Source: a virus
Taxonomy: Duplodnaviria; Heunggongvirae; Uroviricota; Caudoviricetes
Virus record (IMG/VR): IMGVR_UViG_3300046047_000272
Length of the DNA stretch: 64,000 bases
Direction: 5' to 3' (one strand)
Shown: positions 51,657 to 62,290 of the stretch, one piece after another
How positions within the stretch are numbered: the stretch's first letter is position 1
Layout: each line of letters begins with the position of its first letter
Notes under the pieces: generated by a model
Seen by the model: the letters and a program-made list of their open reading frames with translations, nothing else
The model's database searches: none
What the model was told of the DNA's origin: nothing
Position numbers and translations under genes: made by a program

Positions 51657-52042
51657 GTAGAGCCGTATAGACCATCATGTTCTAGCGTGCAAGACACATC
51701 TATGAGAACCGCGGCACTGCAACGATAGAGCGTGTGCACGAGGAAGCATATCCTAGGAATACGCTCTGCAGGAGCGCCCAATCCATGAGGCGCTAATCAG
51801 TCCTATCCCAGGTGATCAACGCCACTAGCCAATGAGGTGTCCAGAGAGTGTGGCCTGACCTCAATGATGGGTAAGCCCTGCTCGGCAGTCCATACGACTC
51901 CGAGCATGATGGATTAGTCACAGAGGACCGTCATATGAACCTGCCACTAGACGTGATTCTAGGCCGCCCTTCTCGGACGCGGCCACGATGATCAGTAATT
52001 ATACTAGTACTGGGTCTGCATCCGTTAGACCGGCGGTTCTGT
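51657..52042 (-). ncRNA. large structured ncRNA, raiA-motif-like, copy 4 (inverted, distant)
   Basis: Reverse complement contains all conserved blocks of copy 1 in the same order with a different insert; AGAGCGT/ACGCTCT and AGAACCGC/GCGGTTCT pair perfectly. Confidence 0.7.
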
Positions 52043-52134
52043 CGTTGTTGAGGGCCTTCACGACTGTATTGACATGGCGCATTCTGGATACAATGGTTAA
52101 TGATCGTATCCAGCCTTGCGGTCATGGTTGCGCA

Positions 52135-52440
52135 TCATGACGCTTTGAGGTCGAAGATCGTTTCTAGACGGGGGACTTCGTTCTGCGTCAGTGAAGCTCT
52201 TAGTGCCCCATTGACGTAGAGGTCAAAGACGATAGCATAATTACGACCACCTGATCCTCCGGTCGTATCATTAATGCCAGTGACGAGTTCGAGGACGTCT
52301 CCTAGATTAATGTTAACGGCATATCGTGCGGTAGATTTCCGGTTGATGCTCGTAACGACAAGTTTCTGGGATTTCATGATGATGGCCATACGTCTTACCC
52401 CTCCTATAGGTTGTACTGTTACTATGGATGGTATCATCAT
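52135..52440 (-). CDS. hypothetical protein
   Basis: AGGAGGG RBS before MAIIMKSQ. Confidence 0.6.
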   Translation of the reverse strand: MMIPSIVTVQPIGGVRRMAIIMKSQKLVVTSINRKSTARYAVNINLGDVLELVTGINDTTGGSGGRNYAIVFDLYVNGALRASLTQNEVPRLETIFDLKAS

Positions 52441-52561
52441 ATGTCCTTAGACACGCCATATCATAGCTTATATGATCATTCATGGAAATCATCATAAGGA
52501 TATAGATGAGGCCGAGAACACTATGATGCGTTCTCGGCCTCATCTCAACGGTAGACGATGA

Positions 52562-53632
<1,071 letters not shown>

Positions 53633-53772
53633 TTAATATAATACCTAAGACTATCGTGGATAGAAAAGATATCACCAATTGATATCCTCATCATACGATG
53701 AGATCTACTCGTCGTACGGCATGAAGAGATCATGTTGTCACGTTATCGATGCATCCATAGGAGGATGATGAT

Positions 53773-54735
53773 ATGAATATGAAGACATTAGTTTTACCAG
53801 CAGAGGACAGACACGGGAAAATCGTGGTCGTCACATCGTCATTAGGAGGTGTTGGCACAGCAACGCTGACTAAGCTCATCAGCATGAGTATTCCCCATAC
53901 GGAAGGATCAAATGCACCTATGGTCTGTGTTGTTGATGCCGACATGATGCATGGATTTGCTGACCAGTACATCGGAGATAAGCATCATAGTCTCGACCAA
54001 CTCGTTGAGATACAACCATCAGATGTCCGTGAGCATTTACGTGATCTCCTCCTGTGGTCAGACGATTTACAAGCATGGACATTAGCTGCAGGATCAGCTG
54101 AGACTATTGGTCGCGTAGATGCGTCTGTCTACGATCATCTTCTCGACGTTCTGCAAGCGGCCTTTGATCTCGTCATAGTTAAGACCGACGCCCATTATAG
54201 GAATCCTATGCATCATAGACATCTGTATCCTCGCGCTGATGAGATTCTCTATGTTATGGTGATGCATAGGCGCAGTATCGTTGGCATGATGGTCTGGTTG
54301 GATGCTGTTGCTCGCCGTATGATTGATATGAACAAAATAACTATTGTGGCTAATAAGGTTCGTCGCATGAATCCCGATGACACGGATCCAGATGATCAGC
54401 ATGAGGATCGACTTCCTGATGACGATGATGATCAGACTGCCAATGACGATCTAGCAGACATAGCCATTGAGTCTCATCAAGATGTGTTCATGACGAGGAA
54501 GGAGCTATCTGACTCCGTGAACTTTATCGTGGCTCGGGCTCATACGAAAGCTAAGCGTCATACGGTGAATACTACATCAGAGCCAAGAATCATTGGTGGC
54601 GTGCCCGACATGGGATCATTATTAGCAGACGCTGAGGATCGTCATCATCTCAAAGACACGTTGACACTGGTAGACCTTCAAACCGCTATACATCGCATTG
54701 TCAAGGCGTTAGTATTAGATCAGTTGGCAAACTGA
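53773..54735 (+). CDS. ParA/MinD/CpaE-like protein with degenerate Walker A
   Basis: KIVVVTSSLGGVGTATL, VCVVDADM, FDLVIVKT, ADEILYV; both P-loop lysines missing. Confidence 0.7.
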   Translation: MNMKTLVLPAEDRHGKIVVVTSSLGGVGTATLTKLISMSIPHTEGSNAPMVCVVDADMMHGFADQYIGDKHHSLDQLVEIQPSDVREHLRDLLLWSDDLQAWTLAAGSAETIGRVDASVYDHLLDVLQAAFDLVIVKTDAHYRNPMHHRHLYPRADEILYVMVMHRRSIVGMMVWLDAVARRMIDMNKITIVANKVRRMNPDDTDPDDQHEDRLPDDDDDQTANDDLADIAIESHQDVFMTRKELSDSVNFIVARAHTKAKRHTVNTTSEPRIIGGVPDMGSLLADAEDRHHLKDTLTLVDLQTAIHRIVKALVLDQLAN

Positions 54736-54763
54736 TGCTTTGGTGATGGTATAGGATCAGATT

Positions 54764-54864
54764 AGATCTAGTTAGGCTCAGAACATGAATCCTCACTCAT
54801 GTTCTGAGCCTATTCAGATTGGCGCTGATCATAAAAGCCCTCAGATGATACGTTATACTAGATG
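54764..54864 (+). repeat. 101-bp intergenic hairpin element, copy 4
   Basis: Same arms and 3' block; shares downstream TTAGAC-CGAGATCTAT with copy 2. Confidence 0.95.
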
Positions 54865-54910
54865 AGACGAGCATCAGGATTAGACACGAGATCTATGATA
54901 TCATACGTGT

Positions 54911-55231
54911 ATGGAGAATTTACTGTTATCAGATGTACACGATGAGGATCATGATGGTCAGTTGACGGACGATTATCTACATCAAGCTCGAAGATTGTTC
55001 ACGCCATTAGCCAAGGATTATCGTGATGACGAGCGAAAGCAATTGCTCGATATGCGTGATGCATGGTTGAAGATGCTGGACGATCTTGGATTGCAGGACG
55101 ACGAGAATCTTCGTTCCGTCATTATCAGATTTGGGTCCATGATACTTTCTGATGATCACGCGACGTTATCTGATGTCCGTGATTATCTCGGTACGATGAT
55201 GGTTGCTCTAAGCGTGACGAAGATCAAGTGA
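54911..55231 (+). CDS. hypothetical protein
   Basis: 106-aa helical ORF. Confidence 0.55.
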   Translation: MENLLLSDVHDEDHDGQLTDDYLHQARRLFTPLAKDYRDDERKQLLDMRDAWLKMLDDLGLQDDENLRSVIIRFGSMILSDDHATLSDVRDYLGTMMVALSVTKIK

Positions 55232-55311
55232 CCACGACTCCTCATTAGCTCGTGCATTAAGGTTGTTATATTGATGAATGATCATATAATGCGGATACTA
55301 CGGATATAGGA

Positions 55312-56091
55312 ATGGTGGACAGCATGTCTTCTGCAACAACATTGTATCATTTAAGCCCTATAACGATGCGGCCTGAGATCTGCGTCGCCGCGAAGGGCCA
55401 TTGTCGGTATAAGACGAAGCATTACGACACTGAGGGCGCGGCCTACGCGGCCATGGAACGCCAATGCCATCGGGCTCGGGCGCATCAGGCGGGCAGCGTC
55501 ATGACTCGATTACGAGCGTCATTCAAGCATGGTGATTACCGATTGAAGACCATGGCTATCACGGGCGTAGGATTAGCCGTCGCTGGATTCATAGGAGGCG
55601 CGGTCTTAACGTCCGCGCCAGAGGTCGTTGACACCCAGCCCGTGGAGATCGTCCAGGCGGCGTCAACCCCATCGTCGTATCAGACGTACAGGAAGATCAC
55701 GTATCGAGTGAACAAGATCTCGCAGGTGCATCGAGTGAAGACAATGGCCAAAGGATATGAGAACACGGTCAAACTGCCAAGCGGGGCTGAGGTCAACGTG
55801 CATTCCGATAAGCCGATGACCAATGGAACGAAGGACATCGTGTACACCATGAACAATGATGGTGTGGCATATCTGAAAGCGAGTGATGGGTCCATTCTTG
55901 AGCACGTCGAGCTTCCAGGATCGACGTCGAGGGGCCACCAGGCGGCGGCTGAAATACATCGGGGCATGAACGCTAAGACCTTAAGTTCTGCCGCTATAGC
56001 CGGTATCGCCGGCGTCATGGTCACAGCGGCCGTTCAAGGATCGTATGACTATCGACACGATGATTACGATCCTGATAACGACGCATCCTAA
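55312..56091 (+). CDS. membrane protein with N-terminal Cys/His module
   Basis: LYHLSPITMRPEICVAAKGHCRYKTKHYDTEGAAYAAME; two hydrophobic segments. Confidence 0.75.
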   Translation: MVDSMSSATTLYHLSPITMRPEICVAAKGHCRYKTKHYDTEGAAYAAMERQCHRARAHQAGSVMTRLRASFKHGDYRLKTMAITGVGLAVAGFIGGAVLTSAPEVVDTQPVEIVQAASTPSSYQTYRKITYRVNKISQVHRVKTMAKGYENTVKLPSGAEVNVHSDKPMTNGTKDIVYTMNNDGVAYLKASDGSILEHVELPGSTSRGHQAAAEIHRGMNAKTLSSAAIAGIAGVMVTAAVQGSYDYRHDDYDPDNDAS

Positions 56092-56145
56092 TCATCAAGG
56101 TCGTCAATAATAGGTGATGATGCTGATTTGTGATACCATAGACGT

Positions 56146-56772
56146 ATGCTAGTCTACTCATTCCAGGATCATGGTATCGTTGACGATGCTCTTACGAGGA
56201 ATGGCGTGTATGAGGCAGACGCCCGTCAGTCATCATGGCTGTCTGATGATGACGATATGTTCCATGACGCTTATCGTTGGATGCATGACCAGATGGTGAC
56301 GCGTCATCGGTCTCCTATGCATGATCACGCGAACATCACGCCAATATGGTCATACGCCCGATGGGCGGATCATGAATATCATGGCGCCTGGAATTGGACG
56401 CCATCGGCCATCGTCCATCGATGTTCATCAAGGATGGGTCATAAGCCATCAGCGATTCCTCGGCGTCGATGGCACGCTGATCATTTGAGGAAATTAGAGG
56501 GGTTCTATGATTGGATTGATGGATTAGATCTTATAACACTTGACATTCCAGAGGATCGTCTATTACTCACTGATTTTGATTTATGGCATTACGTATTGAA
56601 TCAATGGCCAATCACGGAGGACGATGATTTAGATGATCTATCATATGAGGACATGGCCGCTACTTGGACGAAGAGCATTCTACCATTAGATACGATGCAT
56701 GACTATGTCCAGGCAACGTTCTGGGAGATTCTGCCGTCCGATGTCATTGCAATAGAACATGTCATTCTGTAA
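56146..56772 (+). CDS. DUF3841-like protein
   Basis: AYRWMHDQM, PIWSY, LLLTDFDLWHYVLNQW, YVQATFWEI. Confidence 0.7.
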   Translation: MLVYSFQDHGIVDDALTRNGVYEADARQSSWLSDDDDMFHDAYRWMHDQMVTRHRSPMHDHANITPIWSYARWADHEYHGAWNWTPSAIVHRCSSRMGHKPSAIPRRRWHADHLRKLEGFYDWIDGLDLITLDIPEDRLLLTDFDLWHYVLNQWPITEDDDLDDLSYEDMAATWTKSILPLDTMHDYVQATFWEILPSDVIAIEHVIL

Positions 56773-56806
56773 TAAGGAATCAGTGATTATCTAGATTAGC
56801 ATACCG

Positions 56807-56842
56807 ATATGGGCAACGCTAAAACATTGGCGTTGCCCATAT
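56807..56842. terminator. hairpin between convergent genes
   Basis: ATATGGGCAACGC / GCGTTGCCCATAT 13-bp inverted repeat. Confidence 0.7.
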
Positions 56843-56872
56843 TCCATATTCCATATGCGATATCATGACATG

Positions 56873-57262
56873 TCAGACAGGACGATCGTATATGATGTCA
56901 TCCTTAAACGTTGCCTTAATAAGTACGCCGTTGACGAAAGCTCCATCTGAATATCGGTCATCATCGTCATCAGGAGCCTTATAGAAGATGTCTATGCACT
57001 CAGGATGACTTATTGTATTAATTCTCCAAACGCCATGCTTAGCATAGGCCATGGTGATGATTGCTCCACTGGAGAACGTCATTTCTATGACATGATCCTC
57101 GTCAGAGTCCCACACATCAAGTTCATCGTACATAGAACCAAGCAATTCAATAAGATCGTCTGAACGGCCATAAACGAATGTTGTCCCCGCTGGAGGATCA
57201 ACGTCCTCAAACGTCGTGTAATCATCCATATTTATCTCTATCTCCTTCGTGAACCTTGTCAC
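56873..57262 (-). CDS. hypothetical phage-type protein, paralog of 3..230
   Basis: FVYGRSDDLIELLG...TFSSGA...GVWRI...YSD. Confidence 0.75.
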   Translation of the reverse strand: MTRFTKEIEINMDDYTTFEDVDPPAGTTFVYGRSDDLIELLGSMYDELDVWDSDEDHVIEMTFSSGAIITMAYAKHGVWRINTISHPECIDIFYKAPDDDDDRYSDGAFVNGVLIKATFKDDIIYDRPV

Positions 57263-57319
57263 ACGATATCATCGTCTGTCATGATAGATGTGATCATATT
57301 AGCTCAATAATGGTCTTTA

Positions 57320-57781
57320 CTATTTGATTATTAGTGAGTGATCCTGTAGACGATGCACGATATCGTGTAATTCGTCATACATGGCTTGCTTATCAAGTCC
57401 AATAATGGTGATATGATGCACCTGATCATATAGGTCGACTGTGCTCAGTATTACCGCGTCATATGAGAAACACAATTGATAAGGATTGTCATACGATTCG
57501 GTGTCTGAGTAATCAACATGATATAGACCCTTGTCGGCATCCCAATTAGCAAAGATGATTCGTGTGCATCCAACGAAATTCGTGTAGCGTTGCCTGCGGA
57601 CATAGGTGTACTCATCGGCCGCATCACTAATACGATTATTCAAGGAGTCTACTAGCTTGATAGTCGTAGCTTCATCGTCAACGACCGTCACGGCGGTGTG
57701 ACCATGCATCACAATATATGTTTGATGATTTGACCTATTGTCTGTGACGATCGTTTTCATGATGTTCTCCTGTATACTCAT
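57320..57781 (-). CDS. hypothetical protein
   Basis: 153 aa; AGGAG RBS before MKTIVT. Confidence 0.65.
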   Translation of the reverse strand: MSIQENIMKTIVTDNRSNHQTYIVMHGHTAVTVVDDEATTIKLVDSLNNRISDAADEYTYVRRQRYTNFVGCTRIIFANWDADKGLYHVDYSDTESYDNPYQLCFSYDAVILSTVDLYDQVHHITIIGLDKQAMYDELHDIVHRLQDHSLIIK

Positions 57782-57794
57782 GTTGATGTATCGA

Positions 57795-59081
57795 TTATAT
57801 ACGAACCGCGAAGACCAACCTGGTTACCTGATGAGTGATGCAAGTCTGGAAAACAATAGCATTATTAGGAACCTTAGGATTAGATGCTCGGCTAACATCC
57901 TGGATACTGGTCACACGATACCTGACTCCACCGACATTGATGATTTGCCCCACGGTGTAGCTTTTGAAGGCTCCAGCTGATCCGTAGTCATGACCGGCAT
58001 ACATGGTTGTATTCTGTTCGGTGTAATTAATCTGAGCGATACCATTACTATCAACGGCATTCTGAGCACAGGAATCAGCGGATTCTCCAGCACATGTGAC
58101 TGTGCCATTCACGTTAACATTAGTTGATGAGCTACCATTAGATCTTGCGACGGCTCGTCCAGAACGATAGACGGCTGATCGTGACGACGATCGCGGTGTA
58201 TAGGATGACGTTGACGATGCAGCTGCCGCGGCTTCAGCACGAGCCTGCGCCTGGGCGGCCGCGATAGCCGCGAGTCGTTGCTGTTCGGCAACATATGATG
58301 CATGATCCGACTGTACGGTCTGCAGAGAGGCGTTCAACTCCTGATTACGATGTTGCATGATCTGAGTCTCTCGCTGATTCAGGAGGACGTCACCAAACAT
58401 GAGCTGATCCGCTGACGTGTCATTCATGCTAACTTGCTTGATGTATCCACCTGGAAGGGTAGCTGATGTTTTCAGCAGATTGTTCGCCTGTTGACTATGA
58501 GTATCTTGAACGCCCTCAGCTGATACAGCGGCTTTAAGATTTGACGAGAGACTGATGTACTGATCAGTGGCTGTTGCTAGATCGTTCTGAGAGGTAGTAA
58601 AGAGAGCCTCATGATCTTTAACGACGAGGTTGCTCCTAGTTGATAGTATGTTGTCCCTAAGAGCTTCTAGACGAGCATTGAGGAGATGATTTGATGTAAT
58701 GGCTTGAATTGTTGATACGATGTTCGCTGAGTGTGTGGTATTGGCTTGATGAGCATTCAGTGTTTTCGCTGTTGAGGTGATTGCTGTAAGATTTGCGGAT
58801 AGATCGCGGTTTCCAGTCATCGTATCAGAGCGTTTAATGACAGCCTGAGTATCGTTGATGGATCTGTCAAGTTGTGACGATGACATTGAGACAGCGTTCT
58901 CAGATGACTCTTGTATCATGGTTGTTATGACAAGACCGGTTGTGTATACGGCCAGCAATCCTATGATGGTGTATGAGATGGTATGAGCCATCTTGCTGGT
59001 GAGAAATGATGTCTTCCATCCACTGATAGACGATGGGTCTGATGGTAATGGAATTGATGATGGCATGCTTGTTGACGTCAT
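57795..59081 (-). CDS. membrane-anchored coiled-coil protein with C-terminal sortase-fold domain
   Basis: N-terminal TM, long helical stalk, Ala/Ser linker, then YAGHDY...YRVTS...VFQTC...TRLVFA (His-Cys-Arg). Confidence 0.65.
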   Translation of the reverse strand: MTSTSMPSSIPLPSDPSSISGWKTSFLTSKMAHTISYTIIGLLAVYTTGLVITTMIQESSENAVSMSSSQLDRSINDTQAVIKRSDTMTGNRDLSANLTAITSTAKTLNAHQANTTHSANIVSTIQAITSNHLLNARLEALRDNILSTRSNLVVKDHEALFTTSQNDLATATDQYISLSSNLKAAVSAEGVQDTHSQQANNLLKTSATLPGGYIKQVSMNDTSADQLMFGDVLLNQRETQIMQHRNQELNASLQTVQSDHASYVAEQQRLAAIAAAQAQARAEAAAAASSTSSYTPRSSSRSAVYRSGRAVARSNGSSSTNVNVNGTVTCAGESADSCAQNAVDSNGIAQINYTEQNTTMYAGHDYGSAGAFKSYTVGQIINVGGVRYRVTSIQDVSRASNPKVPNNAIVFQTCITHQVTRLVFAVRI

Positions 59082-59151
59082 GGTGACGGTGAACCTTCCT
59101 ATACGGTAGAAAAAGTAATGGGAATATCATTGATATTTCACATAGATAATA

Positions 59152-60102
59152 TCACAGGATGGGCAATTTTGTCCATGGCGTGTCGTCATAGGTAGGATTC
59201 AGGTCAACACATGCCTCAAGATCTGATAGTACATTGACCCCTATCGTTCTCAGATCGTCTATAGACGATCCATGGATGATCGGCCATCTATCGTCTCCTA
59301 ATGGCCATGAGATGACGGATTGTTCGCTTTGATGCTTCTTCAGAGGAGATCGTACAACCAGATGCTGATGGTTGATATGGAAACGACTATGATGATTTTG
59401 ATGTTCTGGATGCATGAGGAGATGCATGATGATTTGATCTAACGAGCATTGAATCGATAATTGTGTGAACGCGTGATTATCCACATCGAGGAGAACGTGT
59501 TCATGATGCACGGCGTGCTGGTGATCATACCATGTGGCCATCATGGTTAATGATGGTTGAATATGGATATCGTCTTGGACGGTGAGTGTGTCTGATGATC
59601 CGCTCATGATGGTATGACGATGATCCCGTATGACGATCCTATCTGGATGATCGGTGTGGGATGAGTGGAATGACCATACGCGTTGATCGTCATCTATGAT
59701 TGACGTGAGGATAGCTGTTGATTGCTGTTGTGGCGATGACGCCTGATGATCATAGGTCGTAGAGGCCTGGTATTCATGATGGTTAAGATGTATTGACCCC
59801 TCATTTATGATAGTGATGGAGAATTGACGATATTGTGATGGTATCTGTGACATTGCTGTTCTTGATAGTAATACTCTGCCCATGATCATTGGTGATTGAT
59901 GAGATGTGATGAGCTGCTTGGTCTCTAAATCAATATTATGATTTGGTCTGAGCATGATGTCAGATGTAGAGTCTGGTAAGATTATAGACGATGGTATCGA
60001 TTCGACCATATGATGGAGGATATACGTCTCGTAAGAGTAGAGCATGACCATGTTTAATGGCATGGTGTACGTATATACGATCATATGGTGAAGATGCTGC
60101 AC
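59152..60102 (-). CDS. hypothetical protein
   Basis: 316-aa His-rich ORF. Confidence 0.55.
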   Translation of the reverse strand: MQHLHHMIVYTYTMPLNMVMLYSYETYILHHMVESIPSSIILPDSTSDIMLRPNHNIDLETKQLITSHQSPMIMGRVLLSRTAMSQIPSQYRQFSITIINEGSIHLNHHEYQASTTYDHQASSPQQQSTAILTSIIDDDQRVWSFHSSHTDHPDRIVIRDHRHTIMSGSSDTLTVQDDIHIQPSLTMMATWYDHQHAVHHEHVLLDVDNHAFTQLSIQCSLDQIIMHLLMHPEHQNHHSRFHINHQHLVVRSPLKKHQSEQSVISWPLGDDRWPIIHGSSIDDLRTIGVNVLSDLEACVDLNPTYDDTPWTKLPIL

Positions 60103-60295
60103 GATGACTGTCCTTGATAGGCTATTAGATTTGGTATAATGTGTGATTATACCTATGATAAGTAACGATTGATCATATTGGTGGCGTTTGACGTTCTATT
60201 ATAGAATGAGGATATCTGGGGATTGTTGTCCCTAGAGACATATCTACTATCAATACGAATAGGCATGCAACGACATACTGATGGTTACCCGTTGA

Positions 60296-62290
60296 GTGTT
60301 GGACAAATGGAGAAATGATAACGTGAAAAAGACGGTCAAGAGTCCTATGAGGCGACTCGTAGCCTTCGGTGTAGCAGCAGCTACACTAGCCTCTGGTTTG
60401 ATTACGGCTGCGGTTATTAATGCTGACACCGGAACGAATCCTCATGTGAAGGCGACTATTACGAAAGTGTCCGACGGAACTGGACATGGAACAGCAGCGC
60501 AGACGTTTATTACATCGGCTAATGGATATGCTGTGGGTGACGATACACCAACTGATGGTGTCGTATCGTCAAACGATACGGTGACGTATAGCGTCAATCT
60601 TGATTTTGCGTCAGGATTAGCTCGTACCGTCAATCTTAACCTGTCCATACCATCCTATCTTTCATGGAGTACGAGTGGGGACACGCTCTGCCGTGATTTC
60701 GGATCGATAAAAGCTACCAGATCAGGGAATACTTGTTCATTCCAAATTCCTCGTGGAGCCGTCTTCTCGACGGTAAGAACATTGACGTTGACAGCAGCCG
60801 ATACCGGTGGATCAGTTCAAAAGAATCAAACCGTGAAGATCGGCGTTCGACAGTCAACTGATACGACTGATTACGCGTCGTCTAGCGCTGATCCAGTGAC
60901 TGTGGTGTCTGCACCAGCCGTGGACATGTACGCTACTGATGGCGTCACCGCCTATAAGGACGACACGGCTACCGGGAGTTTCACCTTCAAAGGCACCGGA
61001 TTATCATATAAGAACAGTGCCTCATCAAAGGGCATATCAACGTCAGGTGCGTGGCGTGGAACCGTTGATGTATCAAGTTTTCCGGATGGCACAACGTGGA
61101 AGCTTAATGGAACGTCAGTAACTGCGTCTAATGGTAAGATACCTGTTTCTGGAAAAGGCATCAACTCATTCGTTCTATCCTATGAGATTGCTGGAGGGTA
61201 TCCAGATCTCGGTACTTCTGTATACAAGGATTATGACATCCACGTTGATCTAGACAAGACCTCATATAGTGCTGACGGATCTAATCTTCTGAATAACGGA
61301 TCAGGATACGATCCGGGATCTAATCAGGATCGTGATAAGACCACGCAGGACGCGTCAATTGGATCTAATGTTGGACAAGTGTATCTGAATAATAATTGGA
61401 CACGACTCAGAGTGACGAATGAGCATAAGCCTAAGGGATCTATTCTTACTAAGAGCATCACTCGTCCTAAGTCATTGGCTGGCACGCTCTTTGAGGACGT
61501 GAATAAGTTATTCTCATTATCAAATGCTAGCACTGCTGATGGCGCATACAATTATGTGGACGCTAATACGCAATTATCAAATAATGTTACGGTGAATACT
61601 AGCGCTATTGATGGTATTGATCCAGCGTCTAATTCACTGATTATTGGCGACGTATGGAATGCTAAGACCATTATGAGCGCGACAGAGTACGAGCGTCAAT
61701 ATCAGAGGTATGATACGAGCCGCTCAGTGACCGTCACTTACTCTGGTGGCACAAAAACCTTATCCCCGGCACAATACACTCTGCAATGGTCGAATGACCC
61801 AGCGAGTAAGGAACAGGATCTTACCGATAAGACCTCAAAGGTCTGGAGAACGGGCAATCCTGGATCTGATGCTGTGGCTGTTCGTGTTCTTGTAAAAAGT
61901 GGTGCGTGGTCGTTAACTGATGGACCGTATATGTTGACCATACCAACAAGAATCATAACGGTTGATGATCAGGGTAATGAGTCAACGGATGATGGCGCAT
62001 CGGATAATCATTTTAATGCTATTAAGAACAACGGTGATGTGATACCTGACAGGGGATCTATGACGCTCTGGGCGAATACTGGAGCCGATCCTAAGATTGA
62101 TTGTGGCGCTGGTACGTCTGATGGGTCCTGTACTATTCAGAGAACCGTCATAGCCATTGCGCCTAAGGCTCCTAAAACGTCGATAGTATTATCTACGAAT
62201 GACGATGGAAAGACTAATTATAGTGTTGGAAGCACGATTTCTTATCAAGCGTCATCGCAAGCGACGAATGTTCGTGTCATCAAATCTTAA
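60296..62290 (+). CDS. large secreted surface protein, N-terminal part
   Basis: Signal peptide (KKTVKSPMRRLVAFGVAAATLASGLITA), Ser/Thr/Gly/Asp-rich beta domains; frame ends at TAA 62288. Confidence 0.85.
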   Translation: MLDKWRNDNVKKTVKSPMRRLVAFGVAAATLASGLITAAVINADTGTNPHVKATITKVSDGTGHGTAAQTFITSANGYAVGDDTPTDGVVSSNDTVTYSVNLDFASGLARTVNLNLSIPSYLSWSTSGDTLCRDFGSIKATRSGNTCSFQIPRGAVFSTVRTLTLTAADTGGSVQKNQTVKIGVRQSTDTTDYASSSADPVTVVSAPAVDMYATDGVTAYKDDTATGSFTFKGTGLSYKNSASSKGISTSGAWRGTVDVSSFPDGTTWKLNGTSVTASNGKIPVSGKGINSFVLSYEIAGGYPDLGTSVYKDYDIHVDLDKTSYSADGSNLLNNGSGYDPGSNQDRDKTTQDASIGSNVGQVYLNNNWTRLRVTNEHKPKGSILTKSITRPKSLAGTLFEDVNKLFSLSNASTADGAYNYVDANTQLSNNVTVNTSAIDGIDPASNSLIIGDVWNAKTIMSATEYERQYQRYDTSRSVTVTYSGGTKTLSPAQYTLQWSNDPASKEQDLTDKTSKVWRTGNPGSDAVAVRVLVKSGAWSLTDGPYMLTIPTRIITVDDQGNESTDDGASDNHFNAIKNNGDVIPDRGSMTLWANTGADPKIDCGAGTSDGSCTIQRTVIAIAPKAPKTSIVLSTNDDGKTNYSVGSTISYQASSQATNVRVIKS

